From the NCBI GenBank assembly GCA_048634245.1, contig JAIWAR010000001.1, positions 13,889 to 77,888 of the forward strand: 64,000 nt of DNA. The letters run 5' to 3'. A program made the position numbers and the translations under genes. Origin of the DNA: Methanosarcinales archaeon. GTDB taxonomy: Bacteria; Omnitrophota; Gorgyraeia; Duberdicusellales; 4484-171. The notes below the pieces were generated by a model that searched no databases, had not been told where the DNA came from, and worked only from the letters and a program-made list of their open reading frames with translations. Positions within the stretch are counted from its first letter, which is position 1. Every line of letters starts with the position of its first letter. This document shows positions 1-9,502 of the stretch, piece after piece.

Positions 1-40
1 CTTTTGCCGATTTTTCAGATAAATTTAGGAATGTAAATTA

Positions 41-61
41 GTCCATAGTCCATAGTCCATG
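41..61 (+). repeat. Tandem heptamer (GTCCATA)x~3 ending in the palindrome GTCCATGGAC, about 30 nt upstream of the gspG start
   Basis: Read directly: gtccata gtccata gtccat g. GTCCATGGAC is self-complementary. Confidence 0.8.
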
Positions 62-87
62 GACGGGGGTTAAAAAAAGGGGGAGAG

Positions 88-525
88 ATGAGAAAAAAAC
101 AAAAGAAGTTATCGATTATCGACTATCGACTATCGACTAAACAGGGGTTTACCTTGATTGAGCTGGTATTGGTAGTAATTATCATCGGAGCTTTGGCTGC
201 GATGATAATGCCCAGGCTTGCCGGCCGTTCAGAACAGGCGAAGGTTGCCGTCGCTAAAACGGATATCAGCGCGAATATGGCTACGGCATTAGACCTTTAT
301 GAATTGGATAATGGCCGGTATCCGGGGAATCTTCAAATGCTTTTAACCGATCCCGGCGGATTAAGCAATTGGAATGGGCCTTATATTAAAAGAAAATCTA
401 TTGATCCTTGGGGACGTGAGTATCAATATAGATATCCTTCGTCTAAAGGCAGGGATTATGATTTGTATTCGTTAGGCCCGGACGGGGTAGAAAGCGGTGA
501 TGATATTACCAATTGGAAAGATTAG
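88..525 (+). CDS. gspG: Major pseudopilin, GspG / type IV pilin-like, with an unusually long 19 aa leader
   Basis: Prepilin N-methylation motif G-FTLIELVLVVIIIGALAA with Glu at +5. C-terminal GspG-like DPWG...Y.Y region. A GGGGGAGAG ribosome-binding site precedes the ATG. Confidence 0.8.
   Translation: MRKKQKKLSIIDYRLSTKQGFTLIELVLVVIIIGALAAMIMPRLAGRSEQAKVAVAKTDISANMATALDLYELDNGRYPGNLQMLLTDPGGLSNWNGPYIKRKSIDPWGREYQYRYPSSKGRDYDLYSLGPDGVESGDDITNWKD
110..139 (+). repeat. In-frame heptanucleotide array (TATCGAC)x4 plus TA inside the gspG leader-peptide coding region
   Basis: tatcgat tatcgac tatcgac tatcgac ta. Encodes LSIIDYRLST. A 29/30-identical copy lies at 35771..35800. Confidence 0.9.
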
Positions 526-958
526 TTTCGTCGCGCGCAAACGCAATACGAAAAACGGGGCTACTTTACTTGAAGTTATGATCAGTATTGTTGTTTTATC
601 AATGGGTTTGGTTTTAATCTTACAAGGATTTCTTTATTGTCTTAATTGTCTGCGAATTTCAGAAGACAATTTAAAGGCTAGCCTGGCGGCCGGAAATAAA
701 ATGGCTCAGGCACGAATACAGGCAAAAGAGGATTGGGATACTTTTGAGAGAGGATTAAACGAACGGTTTAAGTTTGAGGGTTTAAAATGTATCTGGGATA
801 TAGAGGTAGAGCAAGTTATCTGGGATTCAGAAGAGATACCTCAAAGCTATGAATACTTAAATGAGGTTAAAACTTCCTTGTCCTGGGAAGAGGGGAGAAG
901 AAAAGGCGCGATTTTTCTTACTACGTATATGAGGAGTCCCATTGAAGTTAATCCATAG
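497..958 (+). CDS. Minor pseudopilin (GspI/GspH-like); true start probably internal
   Basis: Prepilin cleavage/methylation motif NG-ATLLEVMISIVVLSMG followed by a hydrophobic helix. Confidence 0.55.
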   Translation: MMILPIGKISFVARKRNTKNGATLLEVMISIVVLSMGLVLILQGFLYCLNCLRISEDNLKASLAAGNKMAQARIQAKEDWDTFERGLNERFKFEGLKCIWDIEVEQVIWDSEEIPQSYEYLNEVKTSLSWEEGRRKGAIFLTTYMRSPIEVNP

Positions 959-1679
959 TTTAGAGTGTAGAGCCCGTCGAGAAAGAAAACTGTCGATTAA
1001 ACGAAGTTTTACACTAATAGAACTTCTTATAAGTATAACGATTTTTGCTTTAGCCGGTACGGCTGTTTATTCGGTTTTTGCCAGCGGCATGATTGCCTGG
1101 CGTAGAGGGAATAAAGATAAGACTTATGTGCGGAAGGTAAGGATTGCGGCCGAGTCAATGGAGAGAGACCTAAAAAATACTTTTGATTTTTCTGAGATTG
1201 CATTTGAGGGTAGAGAGGATTCGGTGCGGTTCACCGCTTTAATATCTAATGAATTTGATTCGGAGGGCGATGAGAGTGAAATATATTATGAGGTAGGCAG
1301 AATGGCATACTTTTACGACAAAGAGAAAGGGGCCTTATGCAAGGAAGAAAAAAATTTTCCTGATATTAGCCGGAAGAAAGAAGATAGTAGCATTGATTGG
1401 GGAGGGGAAGAAGATGGAAAGGTAAAAATTTTATTTGATAATCTTCGTGAATTAGAATTTAGCTATTGCTATCTTGATAATGTAACTGGTAGCTATAAAT
1501 GGAAAGATGATTGGAAAAAAGAAGAGCAAGACAGTATTCCTATAGCGGTGAAAATCCTGATGGTTTTTAAAAAAGAAATGAATCAAGGAGATTTTGAAAA
1601 GTTAGTATTTATTCCAATCGGTACCGGCGAGCAAAAAATAGAGATAGGCAGCGCAGTAAGGCAGGCAGAAACTAAATAA
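942..1679 (+). CDS. Minor pseudopilin (GspJ-like)
   Basis: N-terminal RS-FTLIELLISITIFALAG prepilin motif. Its size (245 aa) and position after the G and I genes fit GspJ. Confidence 0.55.
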   Translation: MKLIHSLECRARRERKLSIKRSFTLIELLISITIFALAGTAVYSVFASGMIAWRRGNKDKTYVRKVRIAAESMERDLKNTFDFSEIAFEGREDSVRFTALISNEFDSEGDESEIYYEVGRMAYFYDKEKGALCKEEKNFPDISRKKEDSSIDWGGEEDGKVKILFDNLRELEFSYCYLDNVTGSYKWKDDWKKEEQDSIPIAVKILMVFKKEMNQGDFEKLVFIPIGTGEQKIEIGSAVRQAETK

Positions 1680-1741
1680 AATCGCCGTGCGTTAAAAATC
1701 TTTTCACGCAATATGCAATACGATATACGCAATACGGAAAA

Positions 1742-2698
1742 ATGAAGTATAGAAAGGCAAGTATATTAATTCTTACACTTTGGGTATTAAGTTTTTTAGC
1801 TGTGTTTGCCGTTGGCCTTAGCCGTAGTGTTTCGGCTCAGCTGCGTTTGGCGGCCCATTTTCAGAATAGGTTGAAGATGTATTACTTGGCAAATGCCGGC
1901 ATAGAAAGGGCAATTGTTGAATTAAGAGCGGATGAGGACCTTGGGTGTGATAATCTAAGTGAAAAATGGGCAAATAGCGAGGAATTTGAAGAGATACCTC
2001 TTGGTGACGGGTATTTAGTGTTATCCATAGAGGATGAAGCCGGTAAGATAAATATAAATAAGGTGTCGTTGTCGGTACTCAAACGCGTATTAGAAAGTAC
2101 CGGTGGAATAGAGCCGGATGCAGCGGCCGATATTGCTAATGCTATTGTTGACTGGAGGGATGCGGATATTATTATTTCAACGGGGGGCGCAGAGAATGAT
2201 TATTATGAACATCTCCAGGCGCCTTATCCATGCAAGAATGGTGCGTTCCAAATTCCTGAGGAGGTATTATTAGTTAAAGGAATGACTCCTCAGATTTATT
2301 CGAAAATTGCGGGCGTAATTACAGTTTATGGCGGCGGGAAAGTTAATGTCAATACTGTTGATGCGGGCGTATTAGGGGCTTTGGGTTTAAGCGGTGAACT
2401 TGCTAATCGAATAGTTGAATTCCGCCGGGGTGATGATAAAATTGAAGGAACCGATGATGATAATGTTTTTAAGACGCCGGCTGAGATAAGAAATGTAGGC
2501 CCTTTGTTTACAGAAGAGGCTATAGAGATAAATCGCCTTACTTCCGGCAATGTACTTACTGTAAGGTCAAATACTTTTAGGATTTTTTCCACCGGCATTA
2601 TCAAAAAGGGCAAATATGATTTGCAAAGAAGTATTACTTGTGTTGTCCAAAGATTGGCGGATAAGCCTTTTGGAAAATTATATTGGCATGAAGATTAA
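1742..2698 (+). CDS. GspK-like minor pseudopilin
   Basis: N-terminal ASILILTLWVLSFLAVFAVGL hydrophobic segment typical of GspK, at 318 aa. It follows the G/I/J-like genes. Confidence 0.6.
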   Translation: MKYRKASILILTLWVLSFLAVFAVGLSRSVSAQLRLAAHFQNRLKMYYLANAGIERAIVELRADEDLGCDNLSEKWANSEEFEEIPLGDGYLVLSIEDEAGKININKVSLSVLKRVLESTGGIEPDAAADIANAIVDWRDADIIISTGGAENDYYEHLQAPYPCKNGAFQIPEEVLLVKGMTPQIYSKIAGVITVYGGGKVNVNTVDAGVLGALGLSGELANRIVEFRRGDDKIEGTDDDNVFKTPAEIRNVGPLFTEEAIEINRLTSGNVLTVRSNTFRIFSTGIIKKGKYDLQRSITCVVQRLADKPFGKLYWHED

Positions 2699-2703
2699 AT
2701 AAG

Positions 2704-4212
2704 ATGAAATTTTTATTTAAGTTTAAACACGAACTAAAAATGATTACGGTTTTGGAGATAAGCGGCGATTGGCTGAAAATAGTGCAAGCTCAATTTTCAG
2801 CAAAGGCATGGAAAATTCATAGAGTTATAGTAGAAGATGTGGCTTGTTTTCGGGATGCTCAGGATGAGAAAATTTCCGAACGAATCAGACGCTTACTTAA
2901 GGGTTTAAAGGTAGATCCCAGTACACTTATGGTTGTTATACCTTATCAAGTTGTAGCTATTAGAAATTTAGAATTCCCTTCTACAAATCCTGATGAGATA
3001 AAAAATATGGTAGAGCTGCAGATAGGCAAGCAAACGCCTTTTTCAATAGATGAAATGATTTATGATTACACGATTTTGAATATTGACGCGGAGGGATATA
3101 GCCGGGTGATGCTGGCTGTTGTGCATCAGGATGTCATCAGGCGGTATTTTAAAATATTAAAGGCTGCGAGATTAAAGGTGGAGAGGGTGGCTTTGAGTCC
3201 TGAAGGGTTACTCGCTTGGTATCGTTTTGCTCACAAAGAAAGCGTAAGCGATGAGTCGCATGTTTTAATTGATGTAGATTGCGGCAAAAGTAATTTTGCG
3301 GTCATTTCTAAAGACAAAGTAATATTTTATAGAAACCTTTCTGCTGGAAGCGCTAAGCCTTTAAACGAGATAGAAGGTTGGCAAGAAAAGTTTGTTAACG
3401 CGGTAAAGCATTCTATATATGCTTATCAAAATGAGAGTGAAATGGCTAATAAAGAGATAGACAAAATTGTTATTACCGGGGCAGAGAGTGTTCTTGAGTC
3501 GTTAGATCGAACTGCTTTAGAAGATAAGCTCGGCTTAGATATAGAGATTATATCTCAATTCAAAGATATTTCTGACGATGCGGACTTTTTAGCTCAGGAT
3601 AATAATAATGTTGTAAAAAGCACATCCGTCGCTCCTCTTTTGGGTTTCGCGCTTGCTCCGGCTGAGCAGAAGATCAATCTTATTCCTTTGCAGCTGCGGT
3701 TAGAGAAAGGAATGAGAGAGAGAGGAAAAGATTTGTATATGTGCGGTATATATTTAGCCGTTATCCTAATAACCATTTCAAGCATTTTTTTTGGAAAGGC
3801 CTATACCAAAAAGCAATATCTCACCCGGCTAAAAGAAGAGGCGTCTAAGGTTTCCGAGAAAGTTGATAAGTTAAGCGGCATGCTGGAAGAAATAGCGGGA
3901 GTGAGAGAACGTATTTTTAAAAGAGATTTTGCGCTTAATTTCATATATGAGATACACAAAGCAATTTTTCCTGAAATTTACCTGACATTGATTAATTTTG
4001 ACGGGGGGGATCAAGTAGTTTTACGCGGAGTATCCAGTGTTATGTCCGAAGTCTTCGAATTTATTAATGCCTTAGAAAAATCGGAATGTTTCCAAAATGT
4101 TAAGACAAAGTTTGTAACTACCCGCAAAATAAGGAATAAGGATTTGACAGAATTTGAGATAGTGTGCCCTATAGAGTCAGATTTCAAAAAGGAGAGGGCA
4201 GAGGATAAATGA
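2704..4212 (+). CDS. GspL-like assembly protein (cytoplasmic actin-like PilM domain + TM + periplasmic PilN-like domain)
   Basis: ITVLEISGDWLKIV resembles the PilM/FtsA N-terminal phosphate-1 loop. A single TM helix (IYLAVILITISSIFF) sits near residue 340, followed by a periplasmic domain. Confidence 0.6.
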   Translation: MKFLFKFKHELKMITVLEISGDWLKIVQAQFSAKAWKIHRVIVEDVACFRDAQDEKISERIRRLLKGLKVDPSTLMVVIPYQVVAIRNLEFPSTNPDEIKNMVELQIGKQTPFSIDEMIYDYTILNIDAEGYSRVMLAVVHQDVIRRYFKILKAARLKVERVALSPEGLLAWYRFAHKESVSDESHVLIDVDCGKSNFAVISKDKVIFYRNLSAGSAKPLNEIEGWQEKFVNAVKHSIYAYQNESEMANKEIDKIVITGAESVLESLDRTALEDKLGLDIEIISQFKDISDDADFLAQDNNNVVKSTSVAPLLGFALAPAEQKINLIPLQLRLEKGMRERGKDLYMCGIYLAVILITISSIFFGKAYTKKQYLTRLKEEASKVSEKVDKLSGMLEEIAGVRERIFKRDFALNFIYEIHKAIFPEIYLTLINFDGGDQVVLRGVSSVMSEVFEFINALEKSECFQNVKTKFVTTRKIRNKDLTEFEIVCPIESDFKKERAEDK

Positions 4213-4763
4213 GACATATTTTTTTCCGGATATTCCAATTGTCTAAGAGGAAGCGGTATACGTTTTATATTATAATAGTGATTCTTGTGGCTGTTTTTCT
4301 TGATAAGGTAGTTTTCCAGGCAGTTATGGGAAGAATGGATGAGTTAAACAGCGCAATTCTTGTCCAAGAGCGAAAGATGCAAAAGACTTTAGGCATCCTG
4401 TCAATGGAGGATTTAATTACCGAAGAGTATGCGAAATGTATTGAAGGTGTGGGGCGAAAGTATTCGGAGGAAGAAGAAAAATCGAAACTGCTTAGCGAAA
4501 TAGAAAGGCTGGCAAGAAGCTCCTTGGTTTCTCTTAAGAATATAAAACCGGGAGCAATAAAAAAAATAGGACCTTACGAAGAGTACACTATCAAAATAGA
4601 AGTGGAAGCGAAGATGAATTATTTAGTGGATTTTATTTATAAACTGGAAAGATCTTCCTGCTTGCTGAGAATGGAGAGTTTTCAATTAAGGACCAAGGAT
4701 AAGAAATCCCCAATTTTAAGGGGCCAGATGACAATTACAGAGATTTTAATTGGAAAAAAGTGA
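4209..4763 (+). CDS. GspM / PilO-like inner-membrane assembly protein
   Basis: N-terminal TM helix, coiled-coil region, C-terminal alpha/beta domain. Overlaps the upstream gene by 4 nt. Confidence 0.45.
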   Translation: MRHIFFRIFQLSKRKRYTFYIIIVILVAVFLDKVVFQAVMGRMDELNSAILVQERKMQKTLGILSMEDLITEEYAKCIEGVGRKYSEEEEKSKLLSEIERLARSSLVSLKNIKPGAIKKIGPYEEYTIKIEVEAKMNYLVDFIYKLERSSCLLRMESFQLRTKDKKSPILRGQMTITEILIGKK

Positions 4764-5247
4764 CATGAAAAAACTTTTAGTTTCTTTTCTCATCGTAATA
4801 CTTAGTTTAACTTCGGGCTGCCATAACATTCGAAAGAAGTTTATAAGAAAAAAGAGGTATGAGAAAGAAGTTCCGGTTTATGTAAACTTCAAAGAGTATC
4901 CTGCCAAATCTTCGCAGAAGGCGTATATTAATTACTATCTTTTTGTAAGAGGCTGGCTTGATGATTTAACGCAAGCCCTGAAGAAGGGTATTAGTCATAA
5001 AAGACAAAAAAGAGCAATTAACGAAGCAGTAATGAATTTAGAACAGATAATTACTTTTTATGACATTGAGGGAAAAGATAAGATTTATCCTCTTTATGAA
5101 GAGATGCAGGGCGTAAGAAGCGCGATACAAAAAGCCCCTAATATGAGTGAGATTAAGCGGAATTCTCTTATACGCAAGGTTGAACGGCTTAAGAGGAGGT
5201 TTGAGAAAGAGTTCAACTACATTGACGCGGAAAAATGGATGAGTTAA
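4750..5247 (+). CDS. Lipoprotein (possible PilP-like); start probably at MKKLL
   Basis: Signal peptide with lipobox LTSGC. At 165 aa, with no other recognisable motif. Confidence 0.4.
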   Translation: MEKSDMKKLLVSFLIVILSLTSGCHNIRKKFIRKKRYEKEVPVYVNFKEYPAKSSQKAYINYYLFVRGWLDDLTQALKKGISHKRQKRAINEAVMNLEQIITFYDIEGKDKIYPLYEEMQGVRSAIQKAPNMSEIKRNSLIRKVERLKRRFEKEFNYIDAEKWMS

Positions 5248-5870
5248 GTATAAAAACCTTTTGCCTGGGGGATCTTTTTAACAATTGTTACCTTATTTTT
5301 CATAAACAATCAAAGAAAGGATTTATGGTTGATGCGCCGGCGCCAACAGATGAAGTTAAAGAGTTCATCCACAGCCAAAATCTAGAAATCGTTTTTATCC
5401 TTTTAACTCACGCCCATTTTGATCATATTGGAGGTTTAGAAGATTATTCTTTTCCTTTTTATATCTACAAGAAAGATTTTCCTTTATTAAAGGATCCTCA
5501 ATTAAACGGTTCAGCATTTTTTAACCACCCAATCATAATTAGAAAAGAACCTTTGTTATATGAGTTAGATAAACCTCTATATTTTAATAGCTATTTGTGC
5601 CCTTTAGGGTATCCGATTGAGGTAATCCATACTCCCGGGCATACTCCGGGGTCAGTATCGTTAAAGCTGAATAAATGGCTTTTTAGCGGGGATACATTAT
5701 TTTTGGATTCAATAGGAAGAACTGACATTCCTCAAGCATCCCGGGAGACGCTTGTTAAATCAATAAAAGAGAATTTATTGATTTTGCCGCCGAATACATC
5801 TGTTTACCCGGGGCATGGCGCTTCGACTACTATAGCTAGAGAAGCTAAGTCAAATCCTTTTTTACGATAG
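5235..5870 (+). CDS. MBL-fold metallo-hydrolase
   Basis: THAHFDHIGG (HxHxDH) motif and a later TPGHTPG motif. Confidence 0.7.
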   Translation: MDELSIKTFCLGDLFNNCYLIFHKQSKKGFMVDAPAPTDEVKEFIHSQNLEIVFILLTHAHFDHIGGLEDYSFPFYIYKKDFPLLKDPQLNGSAFFNHPIIIRKEPLLYELDKPLYFNSYLCPLGYPIEVIHTPGHTPGSVSLKLNKWLFSGDTLFLDSIGRTDIPQASRETLVKSIKENLLILPPNTSVYPGHGASTTIAREAKSNPFLR

Positions 5871-5879
5871 TTAATCCAG

Positions 5880-6767
5880 ATGAAAGTTTATTTAGAAGCA
5901 TTCATTGATTATTTAAGGGTAGAGAAGGGCTTGGCGTCTAATTCCATTTGCGCTTATAGCGCGGATTTAAAAAAGTACGCAAAGTATCTAAAGAAGAGGG
6001 GGTTGAATGATCTCGGGAGCATAGCCCGCAAAGATATCATTGATTTTTTGTTTTTTATGCGCAAAAAGATATTACCCGTAAGTATTGCCCGGATTCTCTC
6101 GGCGATTAAAAGCTTTCATAAGTTTTTATTGAGAGAAAAAATAACTTCTCATGACCCTTCAGAGCTTATCGAAACACCAAAATTGGAGAAAAAAATACCC
6201 GATTTTTTGACTACTGATGAAGTAACCAGGATTTTAAGAGCGCCTAATTTGAAAAAGCTTCAGGGAATAAGAGAGAGAGCCATTTTAGAGCTGTTGTATG
6301 CGACCGGCCTGCGGGTTTCAGAGTTAGTAGGACTTAGAAGCTCAGATATAAATTTAGATGTAGGGTTTATTAAATGTAAGGGGAAAGGGTCTAAAGAGAG
6401 GATAGTCCCAATAGGGAAAATTGCCGGGCATTTTCTGAAAAAATATTTTGAAGAGGCTAGAAATAAACTTTTAGGTAAAAAAGTGAGCTCTTATATATTT
6501 CTTGCTCAAGGCGGCAGAGCCTTAAGCCGTCAGAGTGTATGGAAGATGATTAATAAAATGGTAAGCAAATCTCATATTAAAAAGCAAGTTAGCCCGCATA
6601 CGTTAAGGCATTCTTTTGCTACTCATCTTCTTGAGGGCGGAGCTAACTTAAGAAGCGTTCAGGAAATGTTGGGACATGCCAGTATAACCACTACTCAGAT
6701 TTATACCCACATCAATCAGAGTAGGTTAAAAAAGATTCATAGTCAATTTCATCCTCGGGCTAAATAA
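5880..6767 (+). CDS. Tyrosine site-specific recombinase, XerC/XerD family
   Basis: C-terminal catalytic region RHSFATHLLEGGANLRSVQEMLGHASITTTQIYTHI with the R..H..R..Y motifs. Confidence 0.85.
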   Translation: MKVYLEAFIDYLRVEKGLASNSICAYSADLKKYAKYLKKRGLNDLGSIARKDIIDFLFFMRKKILPVSIARILSAIKSFHKFLLREKITSHDPSELIETPKLEKKIPDFLTTDEVTRILRAPNLKKLQGIRERAILELLYATGLRVSELVGLRSSDINLDVGFIKCKGKGSKERIVPIGKIAGHFLKKYFEEARNKLLGKKVSSYIFLAQGGRALSRQSVWKMINKMVSKSHIKKQVSPHTLRHSFATHLLEGGANLRSVQEMLGHASITTTQIYTHINQSRLKKIHSQFHPRAK

Positions 6768-6831
6768 TTAAATGATGCTATGGCGATATTACAAAATAAA
6801 AAAGAAGCACGGGAATGACAAATACTAAATT

Positions 6832-8109
6832 ATGATAAACAGGTTAAAAAAATTATCCCCACAGTTTAGAAAGATTTTAAAGGTTTCTTCCGCGCTGGCC
6901 GATTCTTTAGGGTGCAGTATATATTTGATAGGAGGGGTAGTAAGAGATTTGATTTTGCGAAAAACCGTCTTTGATTTAGATATTGTTGTAGAAAATAACG
7001 CAATTGTTTTTACTGAGAAGTTAGCTAATCAGCTGGGGGTAAAGTTTGACCGGCATCATAGATTTGGCACAGCGACTCTATATTTTGACGGGCACAAAAT
7101 TGATTTTGCGACTGCCCGTACCGAAAAATATACTCATTGGGGGGCCTTGCCTAAGGTTAGATCCTCCTCTTTGTCTAAAGATCTTTTTCGCCGCGATTTT
7201 TCCATAAATGCCATGGCTATAAGTTTGAATAAGGCTGACTACGGGGTCCTTATTGATCTATATAATGGATTAGATGATTTAAAAAAAGGTTTAATCCGGA
7301 TTTTACATGCAAAGAGCTTTCAGGATGATCCTACCCGGATTCTAAGAGCTATAAGGTTTGAACAGAGGTTTTCTTTTAAGATTGATCCGAAAACTTTAGA
7401 ATTAATGAAAGAGGCTTTGAGGGTCCAGTCCTTAGAACTCGTTGGCCCCCATAGGCTTAGAGACGAGATTATTCTTACTCTGAAAGAGCCCAAGCCTTGC
7501 CGTTACATCAGGAGAATTAAAAGGTTATCCGGGTTTTCTTTTTTGGATAAAGGGATAAAGATAAATGAAGAAAGTTTGCGTCTTTTTTTCAGAATTGAAA
7601 AAGCTTGCTGTTATTATAAAAAGAGGTTTCAAAAGCGGAAAGAGCCGGAAACTTGGCTCTTGTATTTGGCAGCACTTTTGATTAAACTTCCTTCTTCAAA
7701 ATTAAATAAGTTTTTTCATGAGTTTGGATTTCGGAAAAAAGAGAGAGCTGTAATCTACTCCATAAGAGGGAATATTACGAAGATAAAAAAATTGAATAAA
7801 CAAACCAAAGCCAGCGCTATTTACCGGGCCCTGAGGCCTTATAGCTTCGAAAGCATCATTTTCTTTCATGCTTATCATCAGAATAAAAAGGTAAGAAAGA
7901 ATATCGAGTATTTTTTAGATGAGTTAGCAGATATCAGTTTGGAAATTAAGGGGAGAGACCTAATGAGAATGGGCTTAGAACCTTATAGCCTATACAGCAA
8001 AGTTCTTCTTCAAACTCTTTACTCCAAGATCGATAAAAAGTTAAAGGGTAAGCGTAAGGAAATTGAAGAGGCAAAGCGTATTTTTAAGTGTTACAACAAA
8101 AATGTTTGA
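6832..8109 (+). CDS. cca: CCA tRNA nucleotidyltransferase / poly(A) polymerase family (class II NTase)
   Basis: GGVVRDLIL...DLDIVV head-domain motif, and RRDFSINAMA. Confidence 0.7.
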   Translation: MINRLKKLSPQFRKILKVSSALADSLGCSIYLIGGVVRDLILRKTVFDLDIVVENNAIVFTEKLANQLGVKFDRHHRFGTATLYFDGHKIDFATARTEKYTHWGALPKVRSSSLSKDLFRRDFSINAMAISLNKADYGVLIDLYNGLDDLKKGLIRILHAKSFQDDPTRILRAIRFEQRFSFKIDPKTLELMKEALRVQSLELVGPHRLRDEIILTLKEPKPCRYIRRIKRLSGFSFLDKGIKINEESLRLFFRIEKACCYYKKRFQKRKEPETWLLYLAALLIKLPSSKLNKFFHEFGFRKKERAVIYSIRGNITKIKKLNKQTKASAIYRALRPYSFESIIFFHAYHQNKKVRKNIEYFLDELADISLEIKGRDLMRMGLEPYSLYSKVLLQTLYSKIDKKLKGKRKEIEEAKRIFKCYNKNV

Positions 8110-8172
8110 CATTTATCGGAAAGTTGATAAATTGCCATATTATCAGATTGGTAAATTAATAAAACTATAGGA

Positions 8173-8556
8173 TTGAAGATGTCATTACGAATGAAAAAAG
8201 TTAATCGCGAGTTACGAAAACAGATCATGGCGATAATCCAGAGAGAGGTTGATGATCCGGTAATGGATTTTTTATCAATAACCCGGGTGGAGACAACTAA
8301 AGATTTGCAGGAGAGTAAGGTTTATTATAGCCTGCTTAATGAAAATAATTATCTCAAGGCTAAAGAGGTATTGGCCCGGATGCGGGGATTTATCAGGGCA
8401 AAACTAGCTCGAGAAATAAGGTTAAAGACTTTGCCTCAATTAAACTTTGTGCCTGATGAATCGATGAGATATAGTGTTGATATTTATAAAAAAATCGATA
8501 AGATAAAAAAATCCGGTGAGGAAAATGAGAAAGAGATTGCTGAAGAGGATAGTTGA
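8173..8556 (+). CDS. rbfA: Ribosome-binding factor A
   Basis: RbfA-like sequence of 127 aa. Sits in an rbfA-nrnA-truB-ribF neighbourhood. Confidence 0.85.
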   Translation: MKMSLRMKKVNRELRKQIMAIIQREVDDPVMDFLSITRVETTKDLQESKVYYSLLNENNYLKAKEVLARMRGFIRAKLAREIRLKTLPQLNFVPDESMRYSVDIYKKIDKIKKSGEENEKEIAEEDS

Positions 8557-9502
8557 GAAGATAAAGGACGGCAAGAGTTTTTTAATTACCGCCCATATGA
8601 ATTTGGAGGGTGACGCATTGGGTTCGGAATTAGCCACCTATGCTTTGCTTAAGAAGCTTAAGAAAAGAGTGGTTATTTACAATAACGATCCTACGCCCGG
8701 TATTTATAAGTTTTTCCCTTTTAGCGGAGTTATAAAAAATACTTTAAAAGGAGAAAAGTTTGATGTAGCTTTGGTCTTAGATTGCTCTGATGCCTCCCGG
8801 GCCGGTAAGGTTAAAGATAGCCTGAGTAAAATTGACTGTGTTATCAATATCGACCATCACATTAGTAATACGTATTTTGGTGATATAAACTGGGTAGAAC
8901 CGACTTCATCCTCAGCAGCCCAGATGATTTATTCGCTTTGTGAGAAATTTAAGATTATGGATAAGAATATCGCTCTTTGCCTGTATACGGGGATTTTTAC
9001 CGATACAGGTAATTTTACTTACGCTAATACTGATAGCCAGACTCATAAAGTAGTCGCGAGTTTGATGAAATATGATCTTCAGCCGCATAAACTTTATGAT
9101 AGTATACATAGTTTATGTAAACCTGTTGACTTAAACTGTATTGGTAAAATTATTTCTTCTTTAAAGTACGATTCTTGCAGAAAAATATCCTGGGCAGCTA
9201 TAACTAACTGGCAGGATAAAGAGTATGACCTTACCGAAGTGGTTTTTTCTATAATGAGGTTGCTAAAAGATCCCGAAGTTTTTCTTTTTTTTAAACAAGT
9301 TGATAAGTGTAAGACCAGGGTCAACTTCCGTTCCCGGGGCCGGATTGATGTAAACAGAATCGCGAAATTCTTCGGCGGCGGCGGGCATAAAAATGCAAGC
9401 GGAGCTACCATTGAAGAACCCCTGAAGAAAGCTGAGAAAATGGTAATCTCTTTTATAAGAAGGCGCACCAACGGTATAAGAAAAGAGAAGGGGAGAGGAT
9501 GA
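8516..9502 (+). CDS. nrnA: DHH-family phosphoesterase (NrnA-like oligoribonuclease / pAp phosphatase)
   Basis: DHH motif (NIDHHISN) and GGGH motif. Located between rbfA and truB. Confidence 0.7.
   Translation: MRKMRKRLLKRIVEKIKDGKSFLITAHMNLEGDALGSELATYALLKKLKKRVVIYNNDPTPGIYKFFPFSGVIKNTLKGEKFDVALVLDCSDASRAGKVKDSLSKIDCVINIDHHISNTYFGDINWVEPTSSSAAQMIYSLCEKFKIMDKNIALCLYTGIFTDTGNFTYANTDSQTHKVVASLMKYDLQPHKLYDSIHSLCKPVDLNCIGKIISSLKYDSCRKISWAAITNWQDKEYDLTEVVFSIMRLLKDPEVFLFFKQVDKCKTRVNFRSRGRIDVNRIAKFFGGGGHKNASGATIEEPLKKAEKMVISFIRRRTNGIRKEKGRG

Noticed and set aside
110-139. CRISPR array interpretation of the heptamer tandems
   Set aside because: The units are 7 bp and directly abutting with no spacers. 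No cas genes are present in the window.
2326-2613. Minus-strand ORFs inside gspK, the Mur genes and other genes (several of 60-140 aa)
   Set aside because: All lie wholly within strongly supported plus-strand genes. They are rich in Ser/Pro/Leu from the reverse complement of Lys/Glu-rich coding sequence, as expected for spurious antisense ORFs in an AT-rich genome.
5880-6767. Tyrosine recombinase as a marker of an integrated mobile element
   Set aside because: The sequence and context (flanked by an MBL hydrolase and cca, with no phage, plasmid or IS genes and no flanking repeats) fit the chromosomal XerC/D dif resolvase rather than a phage integrase.
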